A DNA stretch of 64,000 nucleotides, filler included, from Chiloscyllium plagiosum (lineage: Eukaryota), in NCBI RefSeq assembly GCF_004010195.1. It is 15 parts of 15 records of this genome, joined end to end, with 100 filler letters (N's around TTAATTAATTAA, not from the genome) between each part and the next. Parts side by side here need not be neighbours in the genome. Positions count along the whole stretch, not along the records: positions 61,562 to 62,803 come from NW_025141027.1; positions 62,904 to 64,000 come from NW_025126351.1; 13 more parts are not named here. The stretch is one strand, 5' to 3'. Positions 62,767-64,000 of the stretch are shown piece by piece; position 1 is the first letter of the stretch, and each line of letters starts with the position of its first letter. The notes under the pieces were generated by a model. That model was not told the DNA's origin, did no database searches, and saw nothing but the letters and a program-made list of their open reading frames with translations. A program made the position numbers and the translations under genes.

Positions 62767-62903
62767 CAAGGATAGAATGACCGGTTGAGCAAGTTAGTTT
62801 CTGNNNNNNNNNNNNNNNNNNNNNNNNNNNNNNNNNNNNNNNNNNNNTTAATTAATTAANNNNNNNNNNNNNNNNNNNNNNNNNNNNNNNNNNNNNNNNN
62901 NNN

Positions 62904-63126
62904 ATCATCGAGTTCCATCCGAAGTCAATCTCTGTGAGTTGGTTGAAAAATGGCCGACCCTTGGATTCTGGCTTCTTCACGGCTCCCGTGTGTGAGGCGA
63001 ACGGGAACTTCTCGGTGAAGAGTCGGCTGATGGTCCCTTATGGTGAATGTTTCAACAGCGCAGTCTATACCTGCCAGGTCACTCATGGAGAGAACACTCA
63101 AAGTAAAAACATCACCGCACTCCGGG
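62904..63126 (+). CDS. IGHM: IgM Cmu2 exon, partial (5' end cut by contig edge)
   Basis: [37 protein letters not shown]; GTAAG donor; W>C at GECF. Confidence 0.87.
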
Positions 63127-64000
63127 GTAAGAGACACATACTGAGAGAGCTACAAATCATTCTGAACTCTGATGTGAATCAAACGCACTAATTTATCAGG
63201 CTTAGTAAACAGCACGGTACAGCTTCTCATTTCCCAACATGCCACGTATCTCATTTCAGTTTGAGTGTTACATATGCATTGTTCATAATTCAACATTTTG
63301 ACAAGTCAGAAAAGCATGTTTCCCCTCTGTTGAAGATAGATACATAAACAGTGAGCTTTGTTAAATAGTTTGTTGCCTGACCATGCTGGGAAAGGCATTC
63401 AGAGTGCTGAATCCTTGCCTGTTGGCCACTTCAAGGATAAGTTGGGGGGTGGAGGGGGATATTGGATAGATATCTGATTGAAACATAGAAAATACTGAGA
63501 GACTGAGGTCGAGTGAATGTGGAATAGGTGTTTGACTGGTAGGCGAGACTAGGACCCAAGGGCACAGTCTCCAAGTCAAAGTTGCACCCTATAGAACTGA
63601 GATGGGGAGGAATTTCTTCACCCAGAGGGTGATGAGTCTGTGGAACTTGTTGCTGCAGAGGGCATTGGAGGCCAGGCCATTGTGTGTACTCAAGCCAGAA
63701 AGAGATCGGCTCTTGTTTAGTACGGGGAGAAGGTAGGAGAATGGCTTTAGACCGAAACATCGATTTTCCTGCTCATCGGATGCTGCCTGACCTGCTGTGA
63801 TTTTCCAGCAACATTCTGATCTAAACTCTGGATTGGCCGAACAGCCTTATTCTGATCTTCTATCTTATGATGTTGGGGTCTCAAAATGACGTGGTTAAAA
63901 TATGCAGTGACCCTTATTTGAAAATAAATCAAAATGCGTTCAATGCTTCATCCCCTGCTCAGGAACGACCTGTTGGCCTTGGACATTGTACGACATCGAT

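Overview
Shark genomic DNA. The antigen-receptor exons closely resemble nurse/bamboo-shark (orectolobiform) sequences as I recall them; no search was run. The window is not one locus. It is 15 short contigs joined by artificial N-TTAATTAATTAA-N linkers, and every contig carries an Ig, TCR or MHC exon. Content: two Ig kappa (NS4-type) V-J clusters; three kappa C exons; IgM Cmu1, Cmu2 (x3), Cmu3 (x3) and Cmu4 (x2) exons, several of them pseudogenised; a complete germline NAR-TCR leader-V-D-J cassette; a leaderless NAR-TCR-supporting TCR-delta V; an MHC class I alpha3 exon followed by a 1.45-kb minisatellite; and an intronless MHC class I-like pseudogene. These sit among CR1, L1/Tx1, Penelope-like, V-SINE and LTR remnants. 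The most striking signal is a tandem array of four (plus one decayed) 23-bp-spacer recombination signal sequences, period about 61 bp, directly behind the supporting TCR-delta V, with a latent open frame running through it. Other notable items: a cis-templated inverted insertion that kills a kappa C exon, a frameshift-extended IgM secretory tailpiece, and a palindromic Penelope-like insertion carrying hammerhead-ribozyme motifs.
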